Assembly: GCA_002426195.1 (NCBI GenBank)
Contig: DIOT01000013.1
Span: 55,938 to 119,937, forward strand
Direction of reading: 5' to 3'
Source: Bacteroidales bacterium UBA5507
Lineage (GTDB): Bacteria; Bacteroidota; Bacteroidia; Bacteroidales; Lentimicrobiaceae
Length of the DNA: 64,000 nucleotides
Shown: piece after piece, positions 39,262 to 48,927 of the stretch
How the letters are laid out: each line of letters starts with the position of its first letter
Numbering within the stretch: position 1 is the stretch's first letter
Made by a program: the position numbers and the translations under genes
The notes under the pieces: model-generated
Seen by the model: only the letters and a program-made list of their open reading frames with translations
The model's database searches: none
Told to the model about the DNA's origin: nothing

Positions 39262-40653
39262 ATGTTCACTCCACAAACCTACATGGCAAGGCGCGACGCG
39301 CTCAGAAGAGAAATCAAATCAGGAATAATAATTCTCCCGGGAAATAACGAAGCTTCCTTTAATTACCCTGCAAATACATATCATTTCAGACAGGACAGCA
39401 CTTTCAGTTACTTTTTCGGAATCAACCAGCCCGATCTGGCTGCCATTGTTGACATTGAAGAAGATAAAGATATCTTGTTCGGTAACGATGTTGACATGGA
39501 TGATATTATTTGGATGGGGCCGCAACCCTCAATGACAGAAAGAGGCGAAAAGGTTGGCATAAAAGAAACTCATCCACTTAAAGAGTTTGATGTTTATGTA
39601 AAGGAGGCCATGTCGAAAGGACGTAAGGTCCATTTCCTCCCGCCTTACCGGGGTGAAACAAAAATATGGTTGTCGGATATTACAGGTTTCCCTGTTTCGC
39701 AATTAAAAGGTGAAGCTTCAATTGAACTTATCAAAGCTGTTGTTAAACTCCGCAGTGTTAAATCGTCCGAAGAAATTGAAATTATAAATAAGATGGTTGA
39801 CGTTGCAGGGCTAATGCATACAACCGCAATGAAAATGGCATTTCCTGGCATTGTTGAACAGGAAATTGCCGGTACAATTGAAGGAATTGCACTTGCCAAG
39901 GCAGGCCCTGTATCATTTCCCGTAATTCTTAGTATTAATGGGCAAACACTTCATAACCATTATCATGGCAATACACTTACCGAGGGAAGAATGCTTGTTG
40001 TTGATGCCGGATGTGAATCAGAAGAATATCTGTTAGCAAGTGATATAACCCGTACTTGTCCGGTTGGAGGTAAATTCAATCACAGACAAAAAGATATTTA
40101 TGAGATAGTGCTGAAAGCAAATATGAATGCCATAGAGGCTATAAAACCGGGCATTCCATATCGTGATGTTCATATGATTGCAGCAAGGACAATAACAGAA
40201 GGACTTAAAGCATTGGGATTGATGAAGGGGGATACGGACGAAGCTGTAGCCCAGGGCGCCCATGCAATGTTCCTCCCACACGGGCTGGGCCATATGTTAG
40301 GCATGGATGTCCATGATCTGGAAGGAGTTGGAGAAAATTATGTTGGCTATAACGACGAAATTAAAAGGTCGGAGCAATTTGGTACTGCATTCCTCAGAAT
40401 GGGCAGGAAACTTGAGCCGGGTTTTGTTATTACTGTTGAGCCGGGTATATATTTCATCCCCGCTCTGATTGATCAGTGGAAAGCCGAAGGATTGCACAAA
40501 GATTTTATCAATTATGATATTGTTGAAAACTACAAGGATTTTGGTGGTATCAGGATCGAAGATGATGTTCTTGTTACAGATTCAGGAGTCAGAGTGCTTG
40601 GAAAGCCAATTCCAAAGACCGTAAATGAGATAGAAAACCTGATGGCCGGATAA
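39262..40653 (+). CDS. Xaa-Pro aminopeptidase (M24B), copy 2
   Basis: FRQDSTFSYFFG, DAG..SDITRT, HGLGHMLGMDVHD, EPGIYF, RIEDD. Confidence 0.92.
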   Translation: MFTPQTYMARRDALRREIKSGIIILPGNNEASFNYPANTYHFRQDSTFSYFFGINQPDLAAIVDIEEDKDILFGNDVDMDDIIWMGPQPSMTERGEKVGIKETHPLKEFDVYVKEAMSKGRKVHFLPPYRGETKIWLSDITGFPVSQLKGEASIELIKAVVKLRSVKSSEEIEIINKMVDVAGLMHTTAMKMAFPGIVEQEIAGTIEGIALAKAGPVSFPVILSINGQTLHNHYHGNTLTEGRMLVVDAGCESEEYLLASDITRTCPVGGKFNHRQKDIYEIVLKANMNAIEAIKPGIPYRDVHMIAARTITEGLKALGLMKGDTDEAVAQGAHAMFLPHGLGHMLGMDVHDLEGVGENYVGYNDEIKRSEQFGTAFLRMGRKLEPGFVITVEPGIYFIPALIDQWKAEGLHKDFINYDIVENYKDFGGIRIEDDVLVTDSGVRVLGKPIPKTVNEIENLMAG

Positions 40654-40670
40654 GAAGGCCAAAAATATTC

Positions 40671-40710
40671 TGGCCTGACCGTTGATGATCAAATTGGTCA
40701 GGCCATTTTT
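40671..40710 (+). terminator. Intrinsic terminator after the aminopeptidase pair
   Basis: Stem tggcctgacc...ggtcaggcca followed by ttttt. Confidence 0.7.
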
Positions 40711-40734
40711 ATTAACACAAGATATGTTACTACT

Positions 40735-41547
40735 ATGAATGATCAGATAACTTATAACGGACAACCGGTAAATTTCAAAGTGCAGGGATCAGGTCCATGG
40801 ATTGTTTTGCTGCATGGATTCCTCGAATCTATTGAAGTATGGAATGATATGGCAAACTACCTGGCTGACCGCTTCAGTGTTTTAATGATAGATTTACCCG
40901 GACATGGAAGAAGTGGGCTAACAGGTGAAGAGCAAACCATTCAGGATATGGCAGGGACAGTAAGAGCTGTTATGGCACATAATTCAATTGACCGGTTCAT
41001 CATATGCGGGCATTCAATGGGAGGTTATGTAAGCCTGGAAGTTGCACGGCAATTATCTGATAAGATACAAGGCCTGATCCTGTTTCATTCACATGCAGCT
41101 CCCGATGACGAGAAGTCAAAAGAAAACCGCGACAGAACAATCAACATTGTCAAACTTAACCATTCAAATTTCATCCAAAGCTTTATTTCTGAAATGTTTG
41201 CAAAAAGCAATCAGGAAAAATTCAAAAATCAGATTGAAATTTTAAGAAACAGAGCTGCCTCAACATCCGGAAAAGCTATAATTTCAGCTTTAACTGCAAT
41301 GCGCGACAGGCCGGGATCATTAGACATACTGATGGTTGCTGCTTATCCTATTCTTTATATAATAGGTAAAGAAGATTCAAGGATGCAATACGATAAGATA
41401 TTAGCACAGACAATGCTAAGCGAACATTCAGAATGCATTATGCTTAACAAAGTTGGTCACATGGGGTTTATAGAAGCTCCCGATAAGATTTTTCCGGTTG
41501 TAAAGGACTTCTGTTCACGAAATTTGGCAGTGAGTAAAATTGATTAA
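40735..41547 (+). CDS. Alpha/beta fold hydrolase
   Basis: LLHGF, DLPGHG, nucleophile elbow GHSMGG, GKED, GHMG. Confidence 0.92.
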   Translation: MNDQITYNGQPVNFKVQGSGPWIVLLHGFLESIEVWNDMANYLADRFSVLMIDLPGHGRSGLTGEEQTIQDMAGTVRAVMAHNSIDRFIICGHSMGGYVSLEVARQLSDKIQGLILFHSHAAPDDEKSKENRDRTINIVKLNHSNFIQSFISEMFAKSNQEKFKNQIEILRNRAASTSGKAIISALTAMRDRPGSLDILMVAAYPILYIIGKEDSRMQYDKILAQTMLSEHSECIMLNKVGHMGFIEAPDKIFPVVKDFCSRNLAVSKID

Positions 41548-41552
41548 CTTTG
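41545..41552 (+). promoter_or_regulatory. -7 box (TAACTTTG) for ricT-gldH
   Basis: Exact TAnnTTTG overlapping the hydrolase stop codon. Confidence 0.6.
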
Positions 41553-41620
41553 CATCAGCAGATTTATAATCAATTCAATATATAGCAGTTCGTTAACGGG
41601 CTGTACCATTAAGTTCTCCC

Positions 41621-43153
41621 ATGGAAGATAATACTCAAAATACACCTCCAAATAATCCTGATAATGAACGCAATAATAAGCGCAATCAGGACTTCAGGAA
41701 CAAGAAAGGGTTCTTTAAGAAAAAAAAAGGCAAACCATTCTCCGGTGAAAGAAAGAATGGAAATTTTGTAAAAGAAAACACAAGGCAACCAATTGAGGAT
41801 TCTCCTGATGCTTCCGCAATCGAAAATGAGGAAATATCAACTGAAGATCAATCTGCAGCTTACCTTGAATTGGAGAATGAAGACAATGAATCTTCATCTT
41901 CTGAGGCAACATCTTTTGAATACAAGGGTAGCGGCAAGTTTTTCAAAAGATCGGGATCAAAGCCGTTGTTAATATTTGATGAGAATAGCTCAGATGAATC
42001 AGAAATTCCGGAGGTTCAGGAAATCGTTGATACCGACATTAGTGAACTTCAGCAGACAAGGAAGGACATTGCAAAAGAAAATCCTTTTTTGACGAGAGGA
42101 TGTTGCAAAATGGTGCAGACTGAAAAATCAACTTTCAGTCACAGTTGTAGCAAGTTAGACACCTTCGACTGGCTCAGGAGTTTTCCGCTCGGTCCGAATG
42201 TTCCTCCGTTTGACTGTATTGAAGTCAGGTTTAAAAACAGTAGAAAAGACTACTACAGAACAACATCTGAGCATGACTTGCATGAGGGCGATATTGTTGC
42301 TGTTGAAGCCAATCCGGGGCATGACATAGGAATTGTGACACTGACAGGTGATGTTGTCAGATTGCAAATGAAAAGAAGGGGTGTTGATCCGCAAAACGAA
42401 GAACTAAAGAAAGTATACCGAAAGGCCCGACCCGGAGATATTGAAAAGTGGATTGGAGCTGTTTTGAAAGAGGATAAAGCTCTTTTCCGGACGAGGGAAA
42501 TAGCTGCCAGGCTTAACCTCAAGATGAAAGTAAACGACGTAGAATATCAGGGAGATGACACTAAAGCCATATTCTATTATACTGCTGATGAAAGAGTTGA
42601 CTTCAGGGAATTAATAAAAGTGCTTGCTGAAGAGTTCAGAATCAGAATAGAAATGAGGCAGATTGGTGCACGACAGGAAGCTTCACGATTAGGAGGTATA
42701 GGATCATGCGGACGCGAATTATGTTGCTCCACATGGCTTACCAGCTTCAGTACAGTAAGTACCAATGCAGCCCGTATTCAACAGCTCTCGCTTAATCCTC
42801 AAAAACTTGCAGGACAATGCGGTAAACTTAAATGCTGTCTCAATTATGAATACTCAGCATATGCTGAAGCACTTCAGGGCTTCCCTCCTGATGACACCCT
42901 TCTTAATACTTCAAAAGGCGATGCATTCCCTCAGAAAATTGATGTATTTGCAGGCTTGATGTACTATGCCTACAAATCCGATCCTAATAATATTCACGCT
43001 ATTCCTGTTGACAAAGTAAAAGAGATAATGATTAAAAATAAAAAAGGTACATTGGTGCCCAATCTCGAGGAATATGCCAGGAAAATAGAGAGGAAAGAGG
43101 ACGAATTTGAAAGTATGATTGACGAAGATGATCTTAATCGTTTCGATAAATAG
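41621..43153 (+). CDS. ricT: RicT/YaaT (PSP1 domain) Fe-S regulatory protein with long N-terminal extension
   Basis: EVRFKNSRK, FYYTADERVDFRELIK, RQIGARQE, GSCGRELCC, KLAGQCGKLKCCLNYE. Confidence 0.9.
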   Translation: MEDNTQNTPPNNPDNERNNKRNQDFRNKKGFFKKKKGKPFSGERKNGNFVKENTRQPIEDSPDASAIENEEISTEDQSAAYLELENEDNESSSSEATSFEYKGSGKFFKRSGSKPLLIFDENSSDESEIPEVQEIVDTDISELQQTRKDIAKENPFLTRGCCKMVQTEKSTFSHSCSKLDTFDWLRSFPLGPNVPPFDCIEVRFKNSRKDYYRTTSEHDLHEGDIVAVEANPGHDIGIVTLTGDVVRLQMKRRGVDPQNEELKKVYRKARPGDIEKWIGAVLKEDKALFRTREIAARLNLKMKVNDVEYQGDDTKAIFYYTADERVDFRELIKVLAEEFRIRIEMRQIGARQEASRLGGIGSCGRELCCSTWLTSFSTVSTNAARIQQLSLNPQKLAGQCGKLKCCLNYEYSAYAEALQGFPPDDTLLNTSKGDAFPQKIDVFAGLMYYAYKSDPNNIHAIPVDKVKEIMIKNKKGTLVPNLEEYARKIERKEDEFESMIDEDDLNRFDK

Positions 43154-43170
43154 CATTTAAAGCCCCTGTT

Positions 43171-43659
43171 ATGCTTAGAAAATTGTCAACCAACAGTTTC
43201 TTTTACACAATTATTGCTTTTTTATCAATATTAGGCCTGTCATCATGCGACAGAGATAAGTTTTTTGATGAAAGCGTGAGCATTCCGGGCGACAAATGGT
43301 CTTCGGATAAAGAGGTAGTATTCAATGTTGATATTGAAGACACTATTTCACCTTATCGCTTCTATATTAATGTAAGAAACAGTAATTCCTATCGTTATAG
43401 CAATATTTGGTTCTTTCTAACTACTGAATTTCCATTGGGTGGTATGTCGGTTGATACAATTGAATGTATGCTGGCAAACAATTCGGGGGAATGGCTTGGC
43501 AGAGGGACAGGTAAATATCGCGACAACAGGATTTACATAAGAGAAAACATACGTTTTCCTCAAAAAGGGAGTTATGTATTCAGATTGAATCAGGCAATGA
43601 GGGAAGACGAGTTAACCGGAATCTCAGAAGCAGGTATTCGCCTTGAAAAACAAGAATAG
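43171..43659 (+). CDS. gldH: Gliding motility lipoprotein GldH family
   Basis: Lipobox LSSC, VRN.N.YRYSNIW, DTIEC.LA...GEWLG.G, QAMRE..L.GI. Follows ricT, as in other Bacteroidota. Confidence 0.88.
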   Translation: MLRKLSTNSFFYTIIAFLSILGLSSCDRDKFFDESVSIPGDKWSSDKEVVFNVDIEDTISPYRFYINVRNSNSYRYSNIWFFLTTEFPLGGMSVDTIECMLANNSGEWLGRGTGKYRDNRIYIRENIRFPQKGSYVFRLNQAMREDELTGISEAGIRLEKQE

Positions 43660-43695
43660 TTAAGCTTCACAAATATAATTTTTACGTTTTCTGCA

Positions 43696-46050
43696 ATGGC
43701 AAAGAAAAAGCAAGCTGGTAGTTTCACAATAAAGCAGTGGATTAAAAAATTCTGGATCGTTTACTTTTCAATACTGGGTTTTGTTATTTTGTTTTTTTTA
43801 GCATTGTCAGCGGGACTGTTGGGATTTATGCCTTCGTTTGAAGAACTTGAGAATCCAAAAAGTAATCTTGCATCGGAGGTTATTTCTGCTGACCAGGAAG
43901 TACTGGGAAAGTACTATATAGAAAACCGCTCCAACATACATTACTCTGATCTTTCACCAAATCTTGTCAATGCTATTATTTCAACTGAAGATTCACGATT
44001 CAGGAATCACTCAGGCATAGATGTCAAAGCTCTTTTCAGGGTTACTTTCGGAATTTTAACCGGTTCAAATAAAGGCGGAGGTAGCACCATCACCCAACAA
44101 TTGGCAAAGAACCTGTTTCCCCGAAAGGCAAATCGTACTTTCATTGAGACTGTGTACATCAAGATGAAAGAGTGGATCACAGCCATAAAACTTGAACGTA
44201 ATTATACGAAAGAAGAGATTATTGCAATGTATTTCAACACTGTAGATTTTGGCAGCAACTCCTTTGGTATAAAATCAGCAGCCAAGACATACTATAATAA
44301 ATTGCCATCTGAATTAACTGTTGAGGAATCCGCAATGCTCGTTGGGATGCTTAAGGCTCCCACCTGGTTTAGTCCTGTGAGGAACCCCGAGAGAGCAATG
44401 AAGCGAAGGGAAGTTGTTCTTAATCAGATGAGAAAGCATGATCATCTGACTGAAGAAGAGTACGACTCTCTTAGAGTACTATCTCTAAACATGTCACATT
44501 TTCGTTTGCAGGACCATGCTTCGGGTGAAGCCACCTATTTCAGGGAATATCTGAGAATGATTATGAATGCAAAGGAGCCCAAAAAGAGGAACTATGTCGA
44601 CATGACGGTGTATAGTCACGATTCTTTGCAGTGGGAAACAAATCCTTTGTATGGTTGGGTTGAAAAGAATCCAAAGCCGGATGGAACTAAATATAATCTC
44701 TATAAAGATGGTCTGAAAATTTACACAACCTTAAACTCTAAGATGCAGATTTATGCCGAACAAGCGGTGTCAGAACATATGGGTAAAGATTTACAGCCTG
44801 CTTTTTTCAAACACTGGAAAGGACGTGAAGGAGCTCCCTTTGATTTCCCAAAAGATATTGTGAAGGAAGAAGCCAATAAACTGCTTACTGCCAGCATGAA
44901 GAGGAGCGACAGGTACATCAGGCTCAGGAATGCCGGCGCAAGTGAGGATTCAATTAAAAGATCCTTTAACACTAAAGTACAGATGAAGATCTTTACCTGG
45001 CAAGGTGAAAGAGATACAATAATGAGTCCAATGGATTCCATTCTTTATTGTAAGTTCTTTCTGCAAGCCGGGCTGATGTCGGTTGAACCACAAACCGGGT
45101 TTGTAAGAGCATATGTTGGAGGAATAAACTACAAGCATTTTCAGTATGACCATGTAATGCAGGCAAAAAGGCAGGTTGGTTCCACCTTCAAGCCATTTGT
45201 ATACACTTTAGCGATGCAGGAAGGAGATTTCTCACCTTGTACAAAAATTGCCAATATCCAGTATAGCATTGACTTACCAGATGGTTCAAAATGGGAACCC
45301 CGGAATTCAAGTGATTACAAAGAAGGTCAGATGGTTACCCTAAAAGAAGCATTGGCTAACTCGATAAACTGGATATCTGCTTTTCTTATTAAGAGATATT
45401 CACCTATGGCAGTGGCATCTATGGCTAGAAAGATGGGTGTAACAAGCAGGATTGATCCTGTGCCGGCAATTGCTCTTGGAACTCCCGATCTGACTCTATA
45501 TGAAATGACCGGGGCTATGAATTCATACGCGGCCAAGGGTGTGTATATTGAACCGATGTTTGTTACCCGTATAGAAGACAAAAATGGTAATGTACTCAGC
45601 AGATTCATGCCACGACAGCAGGAAGCAATGAGCGAGGAGACCGCATATCTTATGCTTCAATTGATGAAAGGTGTTGTTGAAAGTGGAACGGGAGTCAGAC
45701 TTCGGTATAAATATGGTTTGAGTTATCCTATAGCAGGCAAGACAGGAACATCTCAAAGTCATTCGGATGGTTGGTTCATGGGAATTACACCGGAACTTGT
45801 TACAGGAGTATGGGTTGGCGGTGAAGACCGTAGTATCAGATTCAGGAATATTTCTCTGGGACAGGGAGCCAATATGGCATTACCAATCTGGGGGCTTTAC
45901 ATGAAAAAGATATATGAAGACAAGGAGCTGAATATTTCTACAAGTGATTTTGAAGCTCCCCTGCTTCCACTGTCGGTAGAGATAGATTGCGGTAAGTATG
46001 AAGCACAGCAGAAGAAGAATGTCAGAGGCTACGATATTGGGGATTTCTGA
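43696..46050 (+). CDS. Penicillin-binding protein 1A (transglycosylase/transpeptidase)
   Basis: TEDSRFRNHSGID, GGSTITQQLAKN, GSTFKP (SxxK), NSIN, KTGT. Confidence 0.93.
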   Translation: MAKKKQAGSFTIKQWIKKFWIVYFSILGFVILFFLALSAGLLGFMPSFEELENPKSNLASEVISADQEVLGKYYIENRSNIHYSDLSPNLVNAIISTEDSRFRNHSGIDVKALFRVTFGILTGSNKGGGSTITQQLAKNLFPRKANRTFIETVYIKMKEWITAIKLERNYTKEEIIAMYFNTVDFGSNSFGIKSAAKTYYNKLPSELTVEESAMLVGMLKAPTWFSPVRNPERAMKRREVVLNQMRKHDHLTEEEYDSLRVLSLNMSHFRLQDHASGEATYFREYLRMIMNAKEPKKRNYVDMTVYSHDSLQWETNPLYGWVEKNPKPDGTKYNLYKDGLKIYTTLNSKMQIYAEQAVSEHMGKDLQPAFFKHWKGREGAPFDFPKDIVKEEANKLLTASMKRSDRYIRLRNAGASEDSIKRSFNTKVQMKIFTWQGERDTIMSPMDSILYCKFFLQAGLMSVEPQTGFVRAYVGGINYKHFQYDHVMQAKRQVGSTFKPFVYTLAMQEGDFSPCTKIANIQYSIDLPDGSKWEPRNSSDYKEGQMVTLKEALANSINWISAFLIKRYSPMAVASMARKMGVTSRIDPVPAIALGTPDLTLYEMTGAMNSYAAKGVYIEPMFVTRIEDKNGNVLSRFMPRQQEAMSEETAYLMLQLMKGVVESGTGVRLRYKYGLSYPIAGKTGTSQSHSDGWFMGITPELVTGVWVGGEDRSIRFRNISLGQGANMALPIWGLYMKKIYEDKELNISTSDFEAPLLPLSVEIDCGKYEAQQKKNVRGYDIGDF

Positions 46051-46078
46051 GAGATTTTTAATCTCTGGTGAACTACAA

Positions 46079-47386
46079 TCACTTAGCCATCTTTCGTTTT
46101 ACCTGCCATTCTGCATCAAGAGTAAGCATTGAATCGACACTTATATTTCTGTCTTTGGCCTTCTGCTCTATTGATTTCATCCAATTCTTATCAGTGCGTA
46201 TATAAGTGATTAGTTCCTTTACTTTTTTGCTGAATGAATTGTCAGATGATTTACCATTCTTTATCAGGTCATAAGTGTTTTCAATGAACCCCCACCCCAA
46301 TCCGGGTAATGTAGCTTCTGTACTGATTATGATAAATATTTCATGATTATTGATCTCTTCACTAAGATCTATTTCTGAAACATCAAGGGGTTTGGTGTAA
46401 CTATCGGGATAAATCTGACGATTATAGAACCAGAAATGTTGATCGGAGAATGCTCTTGCAGGGATTCCCTCATTGAACATACCCCAGTAAAAACTATCAG
46501 AAATTACGATTACTGATGGCTTTGTGTCTCCCTCGTTAGAAATGATTTTGTATTGCGGATAAGCCAACTCTTCCTTTTTTGGAGGAAATAACAGATTCAT
46601 GCCATCTGCAATATCATAATCACTTTTTTTAGCTTCTGACACCTCAACATCATTCCAAACAATATCTGCAACTTTAATATTTCTCTCCTTTTCCAGATAA
46701 CTGAATAATGAATCAACTACCAGACACATTCCGTAATGACTCCAGTGTATGCCATGTTTAGGATATAACGGATAAGGGGAACTCTCTTTATTTAATTTGA
46801 AATAAGTGTTGAAATCAATATGGTTTATTCCTTTTTCTTTGGCAAGGGTGAGGTATTTATCAAAATTGGTAACCCGATTTTCTTCTGCTTTCCAGTCATC
46901 AGGGAAATACTCAGGATAGAATGTCCCTTTCCCCGCTGCAAAAACCAATAATAGAGATTTGTTGTTCCTTTCAAGATAATCCTGAATCTCTTTCAGTTTG
47001 GCCATTCTGTTTTCTATACTGTCGTACCCAATATAATCCTGACCGGTATATGCTTTAAGATAGTTCTTTTCGAACAAATAGTTATCTTTCCCAATGATCA
47101 CATTATTAGCTTTTGCCTTATTAAAAAAGGTGTAGGCAAGTTGATTATTAAGGCGCACAAAAAAGTTGCGCAAGCCGAAATTATCATTCAGATATTTTTC
47201 TTCACCGCTCTGATATTCACCCGAAAACCATCTATTGAAAGAGAAATACGATTCCTCTACCTTTTGAACGGCACCTTTAAGAGGCGTTTCTTCAAAAAAA
47301 TGAAATTTTTTCTGTAGAAGCGGAACCATTAGAATAAGAATAATGGTAACAGCAACAGCTTTAAGTATTGTGTGGCTCCCTTTCAT
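46079..47386 (-). CDS. AlgJ/AlgX-like (SGNH) periplasmic O-acyltransferase with C-terminal 34-aa module
   Basis: N-terminal anchor, YLNDNFGLRN, VIIGKDNYLF, K..FYPEYFP, GIHWS, VISDSF. Translationally adjacent to the MBOAT gene. Confidence 0.75.
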   Translation of the reverse strand: MKGSHTILKAVAVTIILILMVPLLQKKFHFFEETPLKGAVQKVEESYFSFNRWFSGEYQSGEEKYLNDNFGLRNFFVRLNNQLAYTFFNKAKANNVIIGKDNYLFEKNYLKAYTGQDYIGYDSIENRMAKLKEIQDYLERNNKSLLLVFAAGKGTFYPEYFPDDWKAEENRVTNFDKYLTLAKEKGINHIDFNTYFKLNKESSPYPLYPKHGIHWSHYGMCLVVDSLFSYLEKERNIKVADIVWNDVEVSEAKKSDYDIADGMNLLFPPKKEELAYPQYKIISNEGDTKPSVIVISDSFYWGMFNEGIPARAFSDQHFWFYNRQIYPDSYTKPLDVSEIDLSEEINNHEIFIIISTEATLPGLGWGFIENTYDLIKNGKSSDNSFSKKVKELITYIRTDKNWMKSIEQKAKDRNISVDSMLTLDAEWQVKRKMAK

Positions 47387-47388
47387 TA

Positions 47389-48810
47389 CTAAAATCTGAA
47401 ATAAATAAACGGATTAAAACCAAAGGCCGTAATTGAACTCACCGACAGAATCAAAAGTATAACTGAAAAACCTGCTATTGCAATGTGCTTTCGCGAAGAA
47501 TACAAGCCGAAATAGACCTGGTCTTGTATTTGCTTGCCTTTTTTTGAATAAGCAAAAAATGCGAAAATAAAAGCTATTGCAAGGAATGTATAGAATTCAA
47601 TATCGAAGCTCAGAGTTTTTGTAAAGTCGAAGGCAAACATACGTTTTATGAAAATGAATGCCTGTGACAGATCCTCGATTCTGAAAAACACCCATCCAAT
47701 TATAACTAAAACGAATGTTATTACGGTGCTGATAAATTTGCCTGCCCTTGCATACAATTTCAATAAGAAAGCCCTTTCCAGCACCAGGAATATCCCATGA
47801 TATGCGCCCCAAAAAATGAAATTCCAGGAAGCTCCGTGCCATAAACCTGAAGCAAGGAACACTAACCAGAGATTAAAGTACAATCTGGTCTGTGAAACCC
47901 TGTTACCACCGAGTGGGATATAGAGGTAATTTTTCATCCATGCGCCCAATGTCATGTGCCAGCGTCTCCAGAATTCCGTTATGCTTTGAGATATGTATGG
48001 ATTATTGAAGTTTTCAGGAAACCTGAATCCTATCATTTTTCCAATACCTATAGCCATATCAGAATATCCTGAGAAATCGAAATAAATCTGAAAAGTATAA
48101 GCAAGTATTCCTATCCAGGCTGTAGCAGTATCAAGATCCGAAAAGCTCAATGCAAATACAGTATCGGCATGCAGCCCCATTTGATTGGCTATCAGAACCT
48201 TTTTGGCCAGTCCTATAATGAATCGGTAAAATCCGATAAGGAAATTATCGAGCGTTTCGTTTTGCGACCGGTCGCTGATCTGATCGGCCAGGTCATGATA
48301 TCGGATAATTGGTCCGGCAATCAGTTTGGGGAACAAGACAATATAAAGCTGATAATCCCAGAAATTTTTAAGAGGCGCATGTACCCGACGGTACACATCA
48401 ACAACATATGTTATCGTTTCAAAGGTATAAAACGAAATCCCAATAGGTAAAACAAGCTTAGTCCATTGAACATTTGTTGCACCAAAAACCGATAAAACAG
48501 CGTTAAAGTTCTCGATGAAAAAATTCGAATACTTGAAGTAGAATAAGAGACCCAGGTTCACTGAAACTGATAGTGTGAGCATCAATCTTCGGTGAAGTTG
48601 GTTTTTGGTCATTGACATCCATTTAACCAGATGAAAATCAAGGAATGTTGTCCCTAATATCACAAAAATGAATTTCGGTGCGCCCCAACTATAAAAGAAA
48701 ATACTGAAGGCAAGTATTACCAGGTTTTTATATTTCTTATCGATCAGGTGATAAGTAATTAAAAAGGCAGGCAAAAAATAGAGCAGAAAAACAATGCTAC
48801 TGAATACCAT
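47389..48810 (-). CDS. MBOAT family O-acyltransferase (AlgI/DltB-like)
   Basis: MVFSS..FL..FLP, LPIGISFYTF, FP.LIAGPI.RY, DFSGYSDMAIG, ENFNNPY, FWRRWHMTL, SGLWHGA. ATG 48810 preferred. Confidence 0.95.
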   Translation of the reverse strand: MVFSSIVFLLYFLPAFLITYHLIDKKYKNLVILAFSIFFYSWGAPKFIFVILGTTFLDFHLVKWMSMTKNQLHRRLMLTLSVSVNLGLLFYFKYSNFFIENFNAVLSVFGATNVQWTKLVLPIGISFYTFETITYVVDVYRRVHAPLKNFWDYQLYIVLFPKLIAGPIIRYHDLADQISDRSQNETLDNFLIGFYRFIIGLAKKVLIANQMGLHADTVFALSFSDLDTATAWIGILAYTFQIYFDFSGYSDMAIGIGKMIGFRFPENFNNPYISQSITEFWRRWHMTLGAWMKNYLYIPLGGNRVSQTRLYFNLWLVFLASGLWHGASWNFIFWGAYHGIFLVLERAFLLKLYARAGKFISTVITFVLVIIGWVFFRIEDLSQAFIFIKRMFAFDFTKTLSFDIEFYTFLAIAFIFAFFAYSKKGKQIQDQVYFGLYSSRKHIAIAGFSVILLILSVSSITAFGFNPFIYFRF

Positions 48811-48903
48811 GTATATTGAATAGATCAAATATTTTGCCCAAAATTATTAAAAATTCGTTTCCTTTGTAATTACTGAACTCAAACCTGAACAACTTGCATT
48901 AAT

Positions 48904-48911
48904 TACATTTG
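48904..48911 (+). promoter_or_regulatory. -7 box (TACATTTG) for the glycosyltransferase operon
   Basis: Exact TAnnTTTG 16 bp before ATG 48928. Confidence 0.6.
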
Positions 48912-48927
48912 CATCAAGAGCCCGCTT

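Noticed and set aside
41720-41728. A9 tract in ricT as a phase-variation site
   Set aside because: The frame is intact, the tract encodes a Lys run, and such tracts are expected in AT-rich DNA.
43171-43659. gldH as evidence of gliding motility
   Set aside because: gldH homologues also occur in non-gliding Bacteroidales, and no other gld or spr genes are in the window.
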